A stretch of 64,000 bases of DNA, from assembly GCA_041640635.1 (NCBI GenBank), contig JBEPZX010000002.1, forward strand, positions 1 through 64,000, given 5' to 3'. Position 1 is the first letter of the stretch. Every line of letters begins with the position of its first letter. This document shows, in pieces, positions 61,515 through 64,000 of the stretch. Origin of the DNA: Aquificaceae bacterium. Lineage in GTDB: Bacteria > Aquificota > Aquificia > Aquificales > Aquificaceae. Below the pieces are notes generated by a model. That model searched no databases, had not been told where the DNA came from, and was given only the letters and a program-made list of their open reading frames with translations. The position numbers and the translations under genes were made by a program.

Positions 61515-61952
61515 ATGCTCCTCTTTTTAAGTGTAGTAGCGGTGCTATCCGTATCCTTTGCCCATGATGTTCTTTACGAGGTTGAAGAGAAAAAAGCCGT
61601 AGTCGTTAAGGTGTTTTTTAGTGATGGAACGGAGATGGCTTACGCTCCATACGAGGTATACTCTCCATCGGATCCCAAAATTCCATGGCAGAAGGGAAGA
61701 ACGGACAGAAAGGGTTACCTGAGCTTTTACCCAAGCGAGAATGGAGTATGGCGGGTTAAAATCGCAGAGGAGAGCGGACACGGCACTGAAATAGAACTAA
61801 ACGTATCCAACCAAGAACAACACACGCTCAAAAAAACGAATACCGCATGCCCTTTCTATGTAAAACTCTTTAGCTACATAGGTCTTTTCCTTTCGGCGAT
61901 GCTTTCCCTTTACGTGTCGAAAAGACTAAGAACTAGGAGGAGTCAGACATGA
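61515..61952 (+). CDS. NikL/CbiL-like nickel transport accessory membrane protein
   Basis: Signal peptide then HDV; FSDG..M, GRTD.KG..SF.P...G.W.V...GH; C-terminal TM. Confidence 0.7.
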   Translation: MLLFLSVVAVLSVSFAHDVLYEVEEKKAVVVKVFFSDGTEMAYAPYEVYSPSDPKIPWQKGRTDRKGYLSFYPSENGVWRVKIAEESGHGTEIELNVSNQEQHTLKKTNTACPFYVKLFSYIGLFLSAMLSLYVSKRLRTRRSQT

Positions 61953-62935
61953 AGAAACAACTCACCTTAACTGGTATAGCTTTACTTCCCTATGTGTCCT
62001 TTGCTCACCACGGTGTTGCGGGTCTTGGCACCACAATATCCGACGGTCCAGGAAGCGCCGTGGAAACATCTTCAGCCTTTACACTACCTCAAGGAAGGTT
62101 TTTTATAAGCTTAAAAAACGAGTACACCAAGTTTAGAAAATACAAAGGACTTGAAGACCAAAAGGAAAGTTACAACTTCACCCATTTAAATATCGCTTAC
62201 GGTATTAAGCCTTGGCTCACCGTTATGTTTTCCCAACCTTACGGTGTAAAAAAGGCAGAGTACGGCACTTCAAGGGGGTTTATGGATCCTTCTATTAATC
62301 TAATACTTGGCTTTAAATACGATGAAGGCTTTAAACTGGTTCCCAAAAACGAGAACTTAGAAGACTACAGGGACTGGCATTTTGCGCTAAATTTAGGTGT
62401 TTTTCTACCAACAGGATCAACCAATAACAAGTACTGGGATAAAGAAGGCAACAAAGTTAGCTTCGATCCCGATATGCAGCCAGGTTTTGGAAAACCAAGC
62501 TACCAAATGGGCATATCCGCAAGCAAGTGGTTAACAGAAAGATACACATTAAGCGTTGAGACATCCATACAGGTCTTTAACGAAAAGAGATACAACGCAG
62601 ACACTTCATACAAATATAAGTTTGGCAACGAACTCAGGTTTAACATGGCTCACGTATACAAGATATATGGTAACGGAAATTACAGATTTGACGGGATACT
62701 CGAGTTTAACTTTTTGCGTTTAGGCAGAGATAAAGAAAACGGACGCTCCTTAGAAGCTTCCGGCGGAAAGATACTCTACGTACAGCCAGCCGTGCGGGTA
62801 TACTTGGGCAAGATGAGCGCCTTTGCCAGCCTAAAACTCCCCGCATGGAAGGACCTAAACGAGGAAAGACACCAACAGGGTTCGGAAGGTAAAGAAAGCT
62901 ATAGGATAAATGTAGGAGTAAGTTACCTCTTTTAG
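61949..62935 (+). CDS. Putative outer-membrane beta-barrel transporter
   Basis: Signal peptide then HHG; alternating amphipathic strands, LPTG, Q.GFG, terminal YLF. Confidence 0.7.
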   Translation: MKKQLTLTGIALLPYVSFAHHGVAGLGTTISDGPGSAVETSSAFTLPQGRFFISLKNEYTKFRKYKGLEDQKESYNFTHLNIAYGIKPWLTVMFSQPYGVKKAEYGTSRGFMDPSINLILGFKYDEGFKLVPKNENLEDYRDWHFALNLGVFLPTGSTNNKYWDKEGNKVSFDPDMQPGFGKPSYQMGISASKWLTERYTLSVETSIQVFNEKRYNADTSYKYKFGNELRFNMAHVYKIYGNGNYRFDGILEFNFLRLGRDKENGRSLEASGGKILYVQPAVRVYLGKMSAFASLKLPAWKDLNEERHQQGSEGKESYRINVGVSYLF

Positions 62936-62945
62936 GAGGTGGAAG

Positions 62946-63362
62946 ATGGAAGAAAAACTGGAAAGGTTTAGTGTGTCCATTCCCGAAGAGCTTTTAAGCA
63001 GTCTTGACAAACTAGTGCTCAGCAAAGGCTACTCTTCTCGTTCCGAATTTATAAGGGACTTAATTAGGGAAAAGATCGTAGAAGAAAAATGGAGCTCCGA
63101 TGCCGAAAAGGTGTTTGGCGTTTTGCTGCTTGTATACGACCATCACGTAAGAGGCGTCTCCGATAAACTTTTAGAGATACAGCATTCTCATTACTACAAC
63201 GTGGTGTCAGCGCTCCATATACACCTAACCCACAACGACTGTTTGGAAGTTATCGTTATCAAAGGCAAAGCCAGTGAGATAGAGAAGCTATCGGGTAAGA
63301 TGGAAGGCTTAAGAGGCGTCAAGTTTGCAAAACTTATAAAGACAGCACCACTGGAGGAATAG
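62946..63362 (+). CDS. nikR: Nickel-responsive regulator NikR
   Basis: RHH domain RFSVSI...[11 protein letters not shown]; Ni site QH...HIHL...CLE. Confidence 0.96.
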   Translation: MEEKLERFSVSIPEELLSSLDKLVLSKGYSSRSEFIRDLIREKIVEEKWSSDAEKVFGVLLLVYDHHVRGVSDKLLEIQHSHYYNVVSALHIHLTHNDCLEVIVIKGKASEIEKLSGKMEGLRGVKFAKLIKTAPLEE

Positions 63363-63363
63363 T

Positions 63364-63963
63364 TTGCATATACCTGACGGCTTTATATCACCTTCTGTAT
63401 ACTTAACAGCTTACCTTGTGTCTGTTCCTCTTTGGGTAATTTCATTTGGTAGGTTCTTTAGAAGGTACGAAGAAAACTTCCACAGGGTGTTGCTCCTTTC
63501 CACCTTTAGCTTGGTAGTCCAAAATGTGATGATACCTCTACCTTGGTCAACATCCGCTCACGCTATAGGTACATACGTTATAGGTATGCTCTTTGGACCA
63601 ATGACTTCCTTCGTATGCCAAACCATCATCTTGGTAGTTTCTCTGGTGATAAAAGGTGGCATTACCGTTTTACCTATCAACGCTCTAGCCTTGGGTTTCT
63701 TGGGGCCACTGGTTTCATACGTCTTATTTAAACAGCTTCCTGAATTTAAACTAAAACCTTTTATCTGCGCTTACGTTGGAGTAGCGGTTTCAGCTTTGGT
63801 GATAGGATTTTTCTTGAGCCTCCAGTACTATCTAGACCCCTTATACTTTTCCATCCATCCCAAAATCAGCCTACCTGCTCTCCTTATCCCGCATCTTCTC
63901 CTTGTAGGTCCTGTGGAAGGTATATACACTGAGATGGTTATAAAGGTGTTGAGAAGGATATGA
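63364..63963 (+). CDS. cbiM: Ni/Co ECF transporter substrate component NikM/CbiM
   Basis: N-terminal MHIPDG (TTG start after GGAGG), TSAHAIG, GGIT..P.N, H.LL.G..EG..T. Confidence 0.88.
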   Translation: MHIPDGFISPSVYLTAYLVSVPLWVISFGRFFRRYEENFHRVLLLSTFSLVVQNVMIPLPWSTSAHAIGTYVIGMLFGPMTSFVCQTIILVVSLVIKGGITVLPINALALGFLGPLVSYVLFKQLPEFKLKPFICAYVGVAVSALVIGFFLSLQYYLDPLYFSIHPKISLPALLIPHLLLVGPVEGIYTEMVIKVLRRI

Positions 63964-64000
63964 TAAATAAAGATGCTATAAAGTTGCTAATACTGTTCAT
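63960..64000 (+). CDS. Start of next gene, probably ECF T component (truncated by window end)
   Basis: ATGA overlap with the cbiM stop; MINKDAIKLLILF; identity inferred only from operon order. Confidence 0.4.
   Translation, partial: MINKDAIKLLILF

Noticed and set aside
351..63731. Many short antisense or alternate-frame ORFs in the ORF track
   Set aside because: They lie inside well-supported genes and have no motifs or ribosome-binding signals
1..64000. CRISPR arrays, tRNA/rRNA genes, IS elements, prophage
   Set aside because: No spaced short repeats, GC-rich structural RNA or transposase/integrase seen; rusA stands among housekeeping genes with no phage context

Overview
A gene-dense, AT-rich bacterial chromosomal window. 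Gene content and protein style point to a thermophilic hydrogen-oxidising Aquificaceae (Hydrogenobacter/Thermocrinis-like); this is inference. From left to right: end of an Fe3+-type ABC transporter; rtcB with a divergent SPOUT methyltransferase and mraY; a group 1 membrane-bound O2-tolerant [NiFe]-hydrogenase cluster (hypC, hypD, a decayed gltB fragment, hyaABCD, hupH-like, hypF); housekeeping genes (infB, queE, amidase, HerA-like ATPase, hemC, bioA, iorAB-like molybdoenzyme, coaD, rsmD, speD, OmpA protein); a 15-gene tandem double complex I cluster (nuoIJKLMN-A-CD-H-IJKLMN, no nuoB/E/F/G); ppx, secA, an NlpD-like LysM protein, upp, rusA, dapA, rluD; a TonB receptor/polyferredoxin/ExbBD-TonB/PepSY operon; argD; and a NikR-linked nickel ECF uptake operon. 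No rRNA, tRNA, CRISPR array or transposase was seen. The most unusual signals are: a 1644-bp near-identical repeat covering most of both nuoL copies, with a C-rich to G-rich strand-skew flip inside it; a 73-bp duplicated hydrogenase promoter carrying a palindromic operator; an SD-led uORF overlapping the speD start; many leaderless and bidirectional promoters (TAnnnT 6-7 nt before ATG); and two adjacent metal-uptake operons. All calls come from reading motifs by eye; no searches were run.
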